This document shows positions 39,669 through 49,812 of a stretch of DNA of 64,000 bases, one piece after another. Every line of letters starts with the position of its first letter. The stretch's first letter is position 1. The position numbers were made by a program, and so were the translations under genes. Source of the stretch: a bacterium (lineage in GTDB: Bacteria; Actinomycetota; Acidimicrobiia; Spongiisociales; JAENVV01); assembly GCA_024639975.1 (NCBI GenBank), contig JAHEFX010000002.1, forward strand, positions 138 to 64,137, in the 5' to 3' direction. The notes under the pieces are model-generated. The model did no database searches, had not been told where the DNA came from, and saw only the letters and a list, made by a program, of their open reading frames with translations.

Positions 39669-40823
39669 ATGCTGGCACCGCACCCATTGATCACCGACGA
39701 GCTGCACGCACTTGCCGAGCAGGTCATGACCTTCTGTGAGAAGGAGGTCCGACCCAACGCCGACGAGTGGGAGGCGGCCGGGATGGTCCCGCGCGAGACC
39801 CTTCGGACCATGGGGGAGCTCGGCATGTTCGCCCTGCGCGTCCCAGAGGAGCACGGTGGGCTCGGTATGGGACCGGTCGCGTCGGCCGTGTTCGCCGAGG
39901 CCCTCGGGGCGTCGTCGACGATGGGCGGGTTCGACGCGACCGTCCTCGTCCACACCGACATGGCGTCACCCCACCTCATCCATTCGGGAACCGACGAACA
40001 GATCGGTCGCTTCCTCCCCGGCATCCTCACCGGAGAGACCATCACCGCCATCGCGGTGACCGAGCCCGATGCCGGATCCGACGTGGCCGGGATGCGGACC
40101 AAGGCCGTGCGGGATGGCGAGGGTTGGCTGATCAACGGTCGGAAGATCTTCATCACGAACGCCGTTTATGGGCATCTCGTGATCGTCGGGGCGCGAACCG
40201 ACCCGGACGACAAGTACGGGATATCGATGTTCCTCGTCGAGCGGGATCGGGAGGGTTTCGAGGTCGCCCAGAAGCTCGACAAGCACGGATGGCGTTGCTC
40301 GGACACGGCCGAACTGGTCCTCGATGATGTCTGGGTCCCGGCCGAGAACCTGCTCGGCACCGAGCATCGCGGCTTCTACGAGATCATGAAGAATTTCCAG
40401 AACGAGCGGCTCGTCCTCGCTGCCGAAGGTGTCGGCGCCGCCCAGGCGGCCATCGACCTCACCCTCGAGTGGGTGCAGACCCGTAGGGCCTTCGGCGGTG
40501 TGCTCTGGGACAAACAGGGGATCCGCCAGCGCCTCGCCATGGCCCAGGCCAAGACCGATGCCGCCCGTGCTTCGGTCTACCAGGCGGCCTGGTTGATGGA
40601 ACAGGGCAAGGACGCCACCAAGTACGTGTCCGGCGTGAAGGCCAACGCGCTCGAGGTCGTGATGGAGGTCATGTACGAGTGCACCCAGTTCCACGGTGGG
40701 ATGGGCTTCATGAACGAGACACCGGTGAACCGGATGTACCGGGACGCCAGGGTCAACACGATCGGTGGCGGAGCCACCGAGGTGATGCTCGAAGAGGTCG
40801 CCAAGCGGTCGATCGTCGCCTGA
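39669..40823 (+). CDS. Acyl-CoA dehydrogenase
   Basis: 'AVTEPDAGSDVAGMRTKA', 'GRKIFITNA', 'QFHGGMGFM' and 'ARVNTIGGGATEVM' are present. The start is the internal ATG 39669. Confidence 0.92.
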   Translation: MLAPHPLITDELHALAEQVMTFCEKEVRPNADEWEAAGMVPRETLRTMGELGMFALRVPEEHGGLGMGPVASAVFAEALGASSTMGGFDATVLVHTDMASPHLIHSGTDEQIGRFLPGILTGETITAIAVTEPDAGSDVAGMRTKAVRDGEGWLINGRKIFITNAVYGHLVIVGARTDPDDKYGISMFLVERDREGFEVAQKLDKHGWRCSDTAELVLDDVWVPAENLLGTEHRGFYEIMKNFQNERLVLAAEGVGAAQAAIDLTLEWVQTRRAFGGVLWDKQGIRQRLAMAQAKTDAARASVYQAAWLMEQGKDATKYVSGVKANALEVVMEVMYECTQFHGGMGFMNETPVNRMYRDARVNTIGGGATEVMLEEVAKRSIVA

Positions 40824-40864
40824 GGGAACAAAGGACGCCCGTCTCGCGTTGTATGGGGTGCTTC

Positions 40865-40892
40865 TTGACAGATATACCCCCGGGGGTATCAT
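40865..40892 (+). promoter_or_regulatory. Promoter TTGACA-N16-TATCAT whose spacer is a perfect 16-bp palindrome ATACCCCCGGGGGTAT
   Basis: TTGACA lies at 40865..40870, the palindrome at 40874..40889 and TATCAT at 40887..40892. This is about 35 nt upstream of the trx ATG, which has a GGAG SD. Confidence 0.6.
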
Positions 40893-40926
40893 GTGCAAGA
40901 CCTCCCAACTTTCCTTGGAGACCCCA

Positions 40927-41325
40927 ATGGCCACCATCGACCTGACGCTCGAGACCTTCGAGTCGACCATCAACGAGAACGACATCGTGTTCGTCGACTT
41001 CTGGGCAGAGTGGTGCGGCCCCTGCCGCATGTTCGCCCCGACCTACGAGAAGGCGTCCAAGAGCCACGACGACGTGACCTTCGCCAAGGTCGACACCGAG
41101 GACCAGCAGGCCCTCGCCCAGAGCTTCGGGATTCGCTCGATCCCGACCCTCATGGCGTTCCGCGACAACGTCCTCCTCTACAGCCAGCCCGGCGCCCTTC
41201 CGGAGTCCTCCCTCGAGGACCTGATCGGCCAGGTCAAGGCCCTCGACATGGACGAAGTCCGCAAGGAAATCGCCGAGCACGAGGAAAACCACCAAAATGA
41301 GGATCACGACCACGCAGGGGCCTAG
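40927..41325 (+). CDS. Thioredoxin with an acidic/His-rich C-terminal tail
   Basis: 'VDFWAEWCGPCRMFAP' (WCGPC) and 'IRSIPTLM.F' are present. The tail reads 'EHEENHQNEDHDHAGA'. The start is the internal ATG 40927. Confidence 0.92.
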   Translation: MATIDLTLETFESTINENDIVFVDFWAEWCGPCRMFAPTYEKASKSHDDVTFAKVDTEDQQALAQSFGIRSIPTLMAFRDNVLLYSQPGALPESSLEDLIGQVKALDMDEVRKEIAEHEENHQNEDHDHAGA

Positions 41326-41352
41326 CCCCCGCCTCCCATCGGTCGTGGACGC

Positions 41353-41374
41353 AAGGGCCCCTTCGGGGGCCCTT
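41353..41374 (+). terminator. Hairpin AAGGGCCCC-ttcg-GGGGCCCTT after trx
   Basis: A perfect 9-bp stem with a UUCG loop is followed by CGTTCGTCC. Confidence 0.7.
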
Positions 41375-41493
41375 CGTTCGTCCGGGGCGGTTCTGCGAGC
41401 CAACCGTGTGCTTCGGGACCGGGTAATTCCCCGACATCCTCGAAGTGGTGTCCCTACCTTGCGCTCTGCCGACGCGAGGAAAGGAGACCGGCA

Positions 41494-41544
41494 ATGGATC
41501 AAATCGGAGTCCTGACCGGGCTCGCGTCAGCCCTTCTCGGCTGA
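41494..41544 (+). CDS. Candidate 16-aa hydrophobic micro-ORF (MDQIGVLTGLASALLG)
   Basis: An AAGGAG SD lies 7 nt upstream of the ATG. The ORF is too short for the ORF track, and I recognise no homolog. Confidence 0.25.
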   Translation: MDQIGVLTGLASALLG

Positions 41545-41599
41545 CGTAGCCCGTCACCCCTTGGCCCATCCGGGCCGATCACCGTTTCGAGGAGGAACC

Positions 41600-41731
41600 A
41601 TGCACCCCGTGCACCCACGCGATTCACGCGCCGTCGCCCAGCAGCGATACCACGTCGCCCCACGGCGACCGAAGAAGCAACGACCACCCGACCGGGCCCG
41701 ACGCGCCAAGCAGCGGAAGGTCCCGCGATGA
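41600..41731 (+). CDS. Candidate 43-aa highly basic small protein (MHPVHPRDSRAVAQQRYHVAPRRPKKQRPPDRARRAKQRKVPR)
   Basis: A GAGGAGG SD lies 5 nt upstream of the ATG. The stop is followed 4 nt later by a perfect 12-bp terminator hairpin. Confidence 0.4.
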   Translation: MHPVHPRDSRAVAQQRYHVAPRRPKKQRPPDRARRAKQRKVPR

Positions 41732-41735
41732 ACCC

Positions 41736-41764
41736 GAGGGGGCCGGCAAACAGCCGGCCCCCTC
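41736..41764 (+). terminator. Hairpin GAGGGGGCCGGC-aaaca-GCCGGCCCCCTC
   Basis: A perfect 12-bp stem is followed by GTTCGTCGTCT. It lies 38 nt before the ABC ATPase start. Confidence 0.65.
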
Positions 41765-41802
41765 GTTCGTCGTCTGCCATGCTTGCCGGCAGGAGAGAGG
41801 GC

Positions 41803-42810
41803 ATGGCGAGCGTTGTCGTAGACCACCTGACGAAGACCTTCAAGGTCCCTGTTCGCGAGGAGGGATTCGCCAACTCGGTGAAGTCCCTCTTCCACCGCGA
41901 GTACCGACAGGTGGAAGCCGTGAAGCAGGTCTCCTTCGCCCTCGAGCCCGGCGAGATCGTCGGTTTCCTGGGGCCCAACGGTGCCGGCAAGACCACGACC
42001 CTGAAGATGCTGTCGGGCCTCCTGTACCCGACCGATGGCGACGCCGACGTGATCGGCTACCGCCCCTGGGAGCGCGATCCGGAGTTCCTGACCCGCTCGG
42101 CGCTCGTCATGGGAAACCGCAACAGCCTCAACTGGGATCTCCCCGTGGCGGACACGCTCGATGTCCGGCGCGCCATGTACCGCATCCCCCGAAGCGACTA
42201 CGAGCAGCGCCGGGAGCGCTTCACCGAGGTCCTCGGTGTCGGCGACCTCCTCACGAAGCCAGTGCGCAACCTGTCGCTGGGCGAGCGGATGAAGGTCGAG
42301 ATCCTCGCCTCGCTCCTGCCCGCACCGCCGGTCCTCTTCCTCGACGAACCGACGCTCGGCCTCGACCTCTCCATGCAGAAGCGGATCCGGGAATTCGTCG
42401 GTGAGTACGCCGCGGAGGAGGGAGCGACCATCCTGCTCACCAGCCACTACATGGCCGATGTCACCGCCCTCTGCGAGCGGGTGATCGTGATCCATCGGGG
42501 CTCGCTGCTCTTCGATGGCGATCTCGCCGACCTCTCCGAGCGGTTCGGGGCGGGGAAGACGGTGACCGTGACCGTGGCAGGCGAGATGCCCGACGTCTCG
42601 TCCTACGGCGAGGTCGTCGAGCGCGGGTCCTCCAAGGCCGTGCTCGACGTCTCCAAGGACACCGTGGCGGGCGTGGCCAGTCGACTGCTGGCCGATCTCG
42701 CCGTGGTCGACCTCAGCATCGAGGACCCGCCGATCGAGGACGTCATCGAATCGACGTTCGCCTCCGGCGACGCCGCCGCCGACGCCACGCAAGAGGCCCC
42801 CCGGACGTGA
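41803..42810 (+). CDS. ABC transporter ATP-binding protein (uncharacterised COG4586-like system)
   Basis: 'GFLGPNGAGKTTTLKMLSGLL', 'LSLGERMKVEI' and 'LFLDEPTLGLD' are present. The start is the internal ATG 41803, preceded by a GGAGAGAGGG SD. Confidence 0.88.
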   Translation: MASVVVDHLTKTFKVPVREEGFANSVKSLFHREYRQVEAVKQVSFALEPGEIVGFLGPNGAGKTTTLKMLSGLLYPTDGDADVIGYRPWERDPEFLTRSALVMGNRNSLNWDLPVADTLDVRRAMYRIPRSDYEQRRERFTEVLGVGDLLTKPVRNLSLGERMKVEILASLLPAPPVLFLDEPTLGLDLSMQKRIREFVGEYAAEEGATILLTSHYMADVTALCERVIVIHRGSLLFDGDLADLSERFGAGKTVTVTVAGEMPDVSSYGEVVERGSSKAVLDVSKDTVAGVASRLLADLAVVDLSIEDPPIEDVIESTFASGDAAADATQEAPRT

Positions 42811-43607
42811 GGAACCTGGCACCGCTCTACTGGGCCGAGGCCAAGATGAGCATGCAGCAGCAGGCCCAGTACCGGGGCGTCGCGTTCATCAACGTGCTCG
42901 GCTTCCTCATCGAGCCGATCGTCTACCTGGTCGTCTGGCGGACCGTCGCCGAGCAGGCCGGGGCGATCAACGGGTATGGCGTCGACGAGTTCACTGCCTA
43001 CTACATCGTTTGGACACTCGTCCGGGTGTTCAACCTCGCGCTCGCCCCCGGTGCGTGGGACTGGTGGGTGTCGTCGGGCCGAATCTCCAACGACCTCCTC
43101 CACCCGGTCTCGCCGTACCACCGAAACCTCTCCGGATTCGCCGGGGCCAAGATCGTCTGGATCGCCGTCTGGATCCCGGTGGCGATCTTTCTCGCTCTTC
43201 TCTTCCGTCCCGGCATCCAGCCGACCCTCTTCCAGGCAGGGATGCTCTTCGTCAGCGCATGGGCCGGATACGTGATCCGGTTCAACATCCTCTACGTGAT
43301 GGGCCTGCTCAGCTTCTGGACGACGCGGGCCCAAGCCCTGATCGAGGTCGTCATCGCTCTCGAGCTGCTCTTGTCCGGCCGGTTGGTGCCCATGGCGGTC
43401 ATGCCCCAATGGGTGCAGGACGTGTCGTCGTGGCTGCCGTTCAAGTGGACGTTCGAGTTCCCCATCGAGGTCTTCATCGGCCAACTCACCACCACCGAGA
43501 TCTGGCAGGGCCTGGGCTACCAGGCCGGCTGGATCCTCATCACCAGCGCCGGCTACGTCCTCCTCTGGAAGCGCGCCATCAAGAAGTTCACCGCGGTGGG
43601 CAGCTGA
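42807..43607 (+). CDS. ABC-2 family permease (DUF990-like)
   Basis: The product is multi-TM. The GTG start overlaps the ATPase stop. Confidence 0.78.
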   Translation: MRNLAPLYWAEAKMSMQQQAQYRGVAFINVLGFLIEPIVYLVVWRTVAEQAGAINGYGVDEFTAYYIVWTLVRVFNLALAPGAWDWWVSSGRISNDLLHPVSPYHRNLSGFAGAKIVWIAVWIPVAIFLALLFRPGIQPTLFQAGMLFVSAWAGYVIRFNILYVMGLLSFWTTRAQALIEVVIALELLLSGRLVPMAVMPQWVQDVSSWLPFKWTFEFPIEVFIGQLTTTEIWQGLGYQAGWILITSAGYVLLWKRAIKKFTAVGS

Positions 43608-43713
43608 TGCTTGGTTCGCTCCGAGGATGGATCCTCCCGACAGGGGGGATGGGCCCCGCTGCCGGCGGCAGCGAGCGGGGTGTTCTCGAGTACTGGGTTC
43701 CGGGGGCGGGCCG

Positions 43714-44511
43714 ATGAATCGCTTCCTCCATTCCGTGGGCGTGACCCTCATCCATTGGCGGCTGGCCGCCCAGTACGAGGTGCAGTACCGATTCAACTTC
43801 GTGCTCCAGATCATCCAGTCCGGGGTCCGACTCGTGACCGGTGTCGTCGCCATCCGCCTGGTGTTCGGCTACACGTCCGACCTCGGTGGATGGTCGGAAG
43901 CCGAGCTGCTGGCGGTCCTCGGCATCCACATCCTGCTCGGAGGCGTGCTCGGCACGTTCGTGATCCCGAACATGTTCACATTCATGTTCCAGGTCCGCGA
44001 GGGAGAGCTCGACTACGCCCTCGTCCGGCCGGTGGACGCGCAGATGTTCATCTCGACCCGCCAGATCCGGTTCTGGAACGTCGTCGACATCGCCACCGGT
44101 GCCATCGTGCTCGGCTGGGCGATGGCAGACCTGACAACCTCACTGTCCGCGCTGGACGTGCTGTGGTTCGCGGTCGGGCTCCTCTGTGGCCTGACCGTCC
44201 TCTACTGCGTGTGGATGGCATTCACGACGACATCGTTCTGGTTGATCAACACCGACGACATGGCCCAGCTCCTCAGTGGCCTGTACGACGCCGGCCGCTG
44301 GCCGATCAGGGTCTACCCGATGTGGCTGCAGGGCGTCCTGACGCTCATCGTCCCGATGGGCGTCGCCATCACGGTCCCAGCCGAGGCCCTGACGGACCGG
44401 CTCTCGCTCGGGGCCATGGCGCTGCTCATCGCCGTCACCATCGTCACGACGGTGCTCACCCGGGCCTTCTGGCTGTACGGCGTCCGCAACTACTCGGGTG
44501 CGTCTGCCTAG
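43714..44511 (+). CDS. ABC-2 family permease (second subunit)
   Basis: The product is multi-TM. The start is the internal ATG 43714 ('MNRFLHSVGVTLIHWRLAAQYEVQYRFNF'). Confidence 0.75.
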   Translation: MNRFLHSVGVTLIHWRLAAQYEVQYRFNFVLQIIQSGVRLVTGVVAIRLVFGYTSDLGGWSEAELLAVLGIHILLGGVLGTFVIPNMFTFMFQVREGELDYALVRPVDAQMFISTRQIRFWNVVDIATGAIVLGWAMADLTTSLSALDVLWFAVGLLCGLTVLYCVWMAFTTTSFWLINTDDMAQLLSGLYDAGRWPIRVYPMWLQGVLTLIVPMGVAITVPAEALTDRLSLGAMALLIAVTIVTTVLTRAFWLYGVRNYSGASA

Positions 44512-46409
44512 AAGCGGATCGTGCCCGGCTGCTTGAGCACGTCGGCCCAGGGATCGGCCGCGGCGGTGATCGGGCCGGGAGGTGTCGGCGCCTCGAAGAG
44601 AACCTGCTGTTCGATGCCGTCCAGCTCCTCGTCGAGGCGGGCGAGCACGTCGAGATCGATCAACGTGAACCGGCCGGGATCGGGTGAGGTCGGCAGCGAG
44701 AACAGAGCCATCTGGCTGCCGAGCTCGTCGACGGCCGACGGATCGATCGGAACGGTGCTGATCGGGGCGGGCTGGGCCTGTCGACGGGTGATCACCCAGC
44801 CGCCGAGGGCCAGGGCCGCGATCGCCGTGAGGGTCCAGAGCGCCGTGCGGCCGGCGGGGGCGGCGTCGGACGATTCGGCGACCCGGGAAGCGGCTTCGAC
44901 CGCCGGGATGACCGGCGTGGTCGCCCGCTCATAGGACGCCCGCAGGGAACCGACCTCGGCGCCGTCGGCCACCAGCCCGTCCCGGTAGGCGAGGAACGCG
45001 AAGGCGGCGTCGATGCGGTCGCCGGCGAGCGTGAAGTTCCACTCGTCCATGGCGGTCCGGACGCCGATCGGGGGCATCCACCCGAGGGAGTCGTCGGCGA
45101 GGGCGGCGTAGCGCTCTCGCAGCGTGGCCCGGGTCGCGAGGAGAGGGGCATCGATGACCGGCGCGACCCGCGTACCGATGATCTCGTCGGCCGCCGTTGC
45201 GCCGTTGGCGTCGAGTACGTCGAGCACCCGCCGCCAATCGGCTGGGGTGTCGGTCACGGTGAAGCCTGGGCCTGCGTAGGCAGAACGCCGGCCGGCCAAG
45301 TCGGCGAGGGCCCCTCGCATGCCGTCGATCCCGATGTCGTCGACGAGGGCGTCCACCACCCACCAGGAGGCGGCGTAGGCGGCCCGCTCCATATCGACCG
45401 TCGTCTGGTCGATGAGCGTCGTGTGGTCCCACTCGGCGAGCCGGATCATCTCGGACGGCGGCTCCGACGGCTCACCGGGCGTCCGTCCCAGGGCTGGTTC
45501 GACGAGGGCGGTGTAGGCCTCGGCGAGTCCCTCGGCGAACCAGCGCTCGGACGTGATGGTGTCGTTGAACCAGGCATGGCTCGCCTCGTGCACGAGGACG
45601 TGGACGTCGGGGTCGGTCCCCACCTCGATGGTGTCGGTTGCCGCGACGTACCAACCGTCGAATCCGTTGCGTTGTGGATCCGTCGACTGGGCGACGACCA
45701 GCGGACGACCGATCGGGTCGTCGATCCCGGTCAGGTCGGCGAGCTCCGGGAGGGCGAGGTCGAGGAGCGAGCGCATGCGGGTGACCCAGGCGTCCTCACC
45801 CGGCCAGGAACGGATCACGTAGGTGAAGTCGTCGACTTGGGCGATCTCGGTGACGAGGGAGCCGTCCTTGCGTGCCGAGACCGTGACGTCCCAGCCGGCC
45901 GGGTCGGTGATCTCCCGGGCGGACATGACGGTCCAGCCGTCCACCTGCGCCGTCTCGAGCACGGCGCCGTCGACCTTGATCTGGAAGTCGGACGGCACCC
46001 GGATCTCGACGGAGGCCGCTCCCGGGTCCCCCCAGACCCAGGTCGGGAACCACACATACGCCGCATTGGCCTTGATGGTGTCTGCCGCGTCGGATGAGCT
46101 GTTCGGGAGGTCGAAGGCGACCACGAGGGCGCCGGGCTCGTCCACGCCGACCCCGATGGCCGAGGGGCCCTCGACGATGGTGGGCTCCACGGGCTCGCCG
46201 TCGATGGTGGCCGAGACGTTGGTGGCACCCGGTGGCAGGCTGATCGCGCCGGCGGCGGTCGAGACGGTCACGCGGACGATTCCCTCGTCCACCAGCGCCT
46301 CGTACACGGTCGACGTGTCGGCGGCGTGGGCGGGCAGGGGACCGGTCATCGTCAGTGCGAGACCGGTCAGAAGCGCCGTGGCCAGTCCACGGCGGATCCA
46401 TCCGCTCAT
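44508..46409 (-). CDS. Secreted, C-terminally membrane-anchored gluzincin (M1-like) metallopeptidase-domain protein
   Basis: It has a signal peptide and the 'VLVHEASHAWFN...ERWFAEGLAEAY' (HExxH-X18-E) motif. A late TM helix (ALWTLTAIAALALGGWVI) is followed by a ~100-aa cytoplasmic tail. Confidence 0.7.
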   Translation of the reverse strand: MSGWIRRGLATALLTGLALTMTGPLPAHAADTSTVYEALVDEGIVRVTVSTAAGAISLPPGATNVSATIDGEPVEPTIVEGPSAIGVGVDEPGALVVAFDLPNSSSDAADTIKANAAYVWFPTWVWGDPGAASVEIRVPSDFQIKVDGAVLETAQVDGWTVMSAREITDPAGWDVTVSARKDGSLVTEIAQVDDFTYVIRSWPGEDAWVTRMRSLLDLALPELADLTGIDDPIGRPLVVAQSTDPQRNGFDGWYVAATDTIEVGTDPDVHVLVHEASHAWFNDTITSERWFAEGLAEAYTALVEPALGRTPGEPSEPPSEMIRLAEWDHTTLIDQTTVDMERAAYAASWWVVDALVDDIGIDGMRGALADLAGRRSAYAGPGFTVTDTPADWRRVLDVLDANGATAADEIIGTRVAPVIDAPLLATRATLRERYAALADDSLGWMPPIGVRTAMDEWNFTLAGDRIDAAFAFLAYRDGLVADGAEVGSLRASYERATTPVIPAVEAASRVAESSDAAPAGRTALWTLTAIAALALGGWVITRRQAQPAPISTVPIDPSAVDELGSQMALFSLPTSPDPGRFTLIDLDVLARLDEELDGIEQQVLFEAPTPPGPITAAADPWADVLKQPGTIRF

Positions 46410-46562
46410 TCGTTTGCCCTCACTCAGCTACCGAAAACGGTACTGCCGAGTCAGCCGGGCCGCTTACTCAAAGTGGTGGAATTACCACAAGGCGTAAGCT
46501 CGGTTTTCGCGCGGCAATGCTGCCCTCCGAGCGTCGGGACAGGCGTGCTGCGTAAGTGCGCC

Positions 46563-49130
<2,568 letters not shown>

Positions 49131-49195
49131 GGTCAATCCCCAAAATGTATGAAATCTAAGTCGAAGTATATCAGATCATGTTTCAACCGATCCTC

Positions 49196-49236
49196 GTTCA
49201 AATTGAAAGGGGTTGAATGTTCAAAGTAGTTGAACT
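49196..49236. promoter_or_regulatory. Cluster of overlapping TTCAA/TTGAA inverted repeats in the AT-rich clpB / HTH-gene divergent region
   Basis: TTCAA-a-TTGAA lies at 49197..49207, TTGAA-tg-TTCAA at 49213..49224, and GTTCAA-agtag-TTGAAC at 49219..49235. Confidence 0.45.
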
Positions 49237-49248
49237 TAGGCTTGCCCC

Positions 49249-49812
49249 ATGACCGACACCTTCACCCGGGATGAGACCATCGAGTTCGACACGATCGAGG
49301 CCATGGATGTGATCGCCTCTCCGATCCGCCTCCGACTGCTCGATCGTTTTCGCGAGCCCGCCACCGTCAAACAGGTCGCCGAGCGGATGGGCGTCCCCGT
49401 CACGCGGCTCTACCACCACGTGAACCAGCTGGTCGACCACGGGTTCCTGGTCCTGGTCGAGGAACGGCCGAAGGGGGCGATGGTCGAGCGGGTCTTCTGT
49501 GCAGCGGCGAAGACGTTCCGACCCTCGAGAAGGTTCCTCGACACCTACGGGATCGACGGACTGGTCGAGATCAGCAAGCTCAGCTTCCGGACCGCCGAGG
49601 CGGAGTTCGTGACGGCGCTGCAGGATGCGCCGGAGCTCGGCGAGGACTCCGGTCGCCTCGCGATCGGACTGGCTCGCCTCCACCTCTCCGAGGAGCAGCT
49701 GCTCGAGCTGGTACAGACCGTCAACAGCCTCATTCGGAGCTATGCCGACGAGCCCGACGGCGACATCGAAGTCAGTTTCATGACCGCCGTCTTCCCGCTC
49801 GGAGCCTCTTGA
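49249..49812 (+). CDS. ArsR-like winged-helix transcriptional regulator with a C-terminal extension
   Basis: 'SPIRLRLLDRFREPATVKQVAERMGVPVTRLYHHVNQLVDHGFL' is present. The ATG lies 6 nt after TAGGCT. Confidence 0.7.
   Translation: MTDTFTRDETIEFDTIEAMDVIASPIRLRLLDRFREPATVKQVAERMGVPVTRLYHHVNQLVDHGFLVLVEERPKGAMVERVFCAAAKTFRPSRRFLDTYGIDGLVEISKLSFRTAEAEFVTALQDAPELGEDSGRLAIGLARLHLSEEQLLELVQTVNSLIRSYADEPDGDIEVSFMTAVFPLGAS

Noticed and set aside
41381-41493. I looked for a possible riboswitch, tRNA or other structured ncRNA in the long gap after trx.
   Set aside because: I could not match it to any RNA family I know. It has no tRNA T-loop or anticodon architecture and no SAM, TPP, cobalamin or c-di-AMP signature. 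The SD-led micro-ORFs explain the region better. A covariance-model scan would still be worthwhile.
49137-49248. I searched upstream of clpB for an HspR HAIR or an HrcA CIRCE operator.
   Set aside because: Neither CTTGAGT-N7-ACTCAAG nor TTAGCACTC-N9-GAGTGCTAA, nor a close variant, is present. Only the TTGAA/TTCAA repeats are there, and they are reported as a finding.
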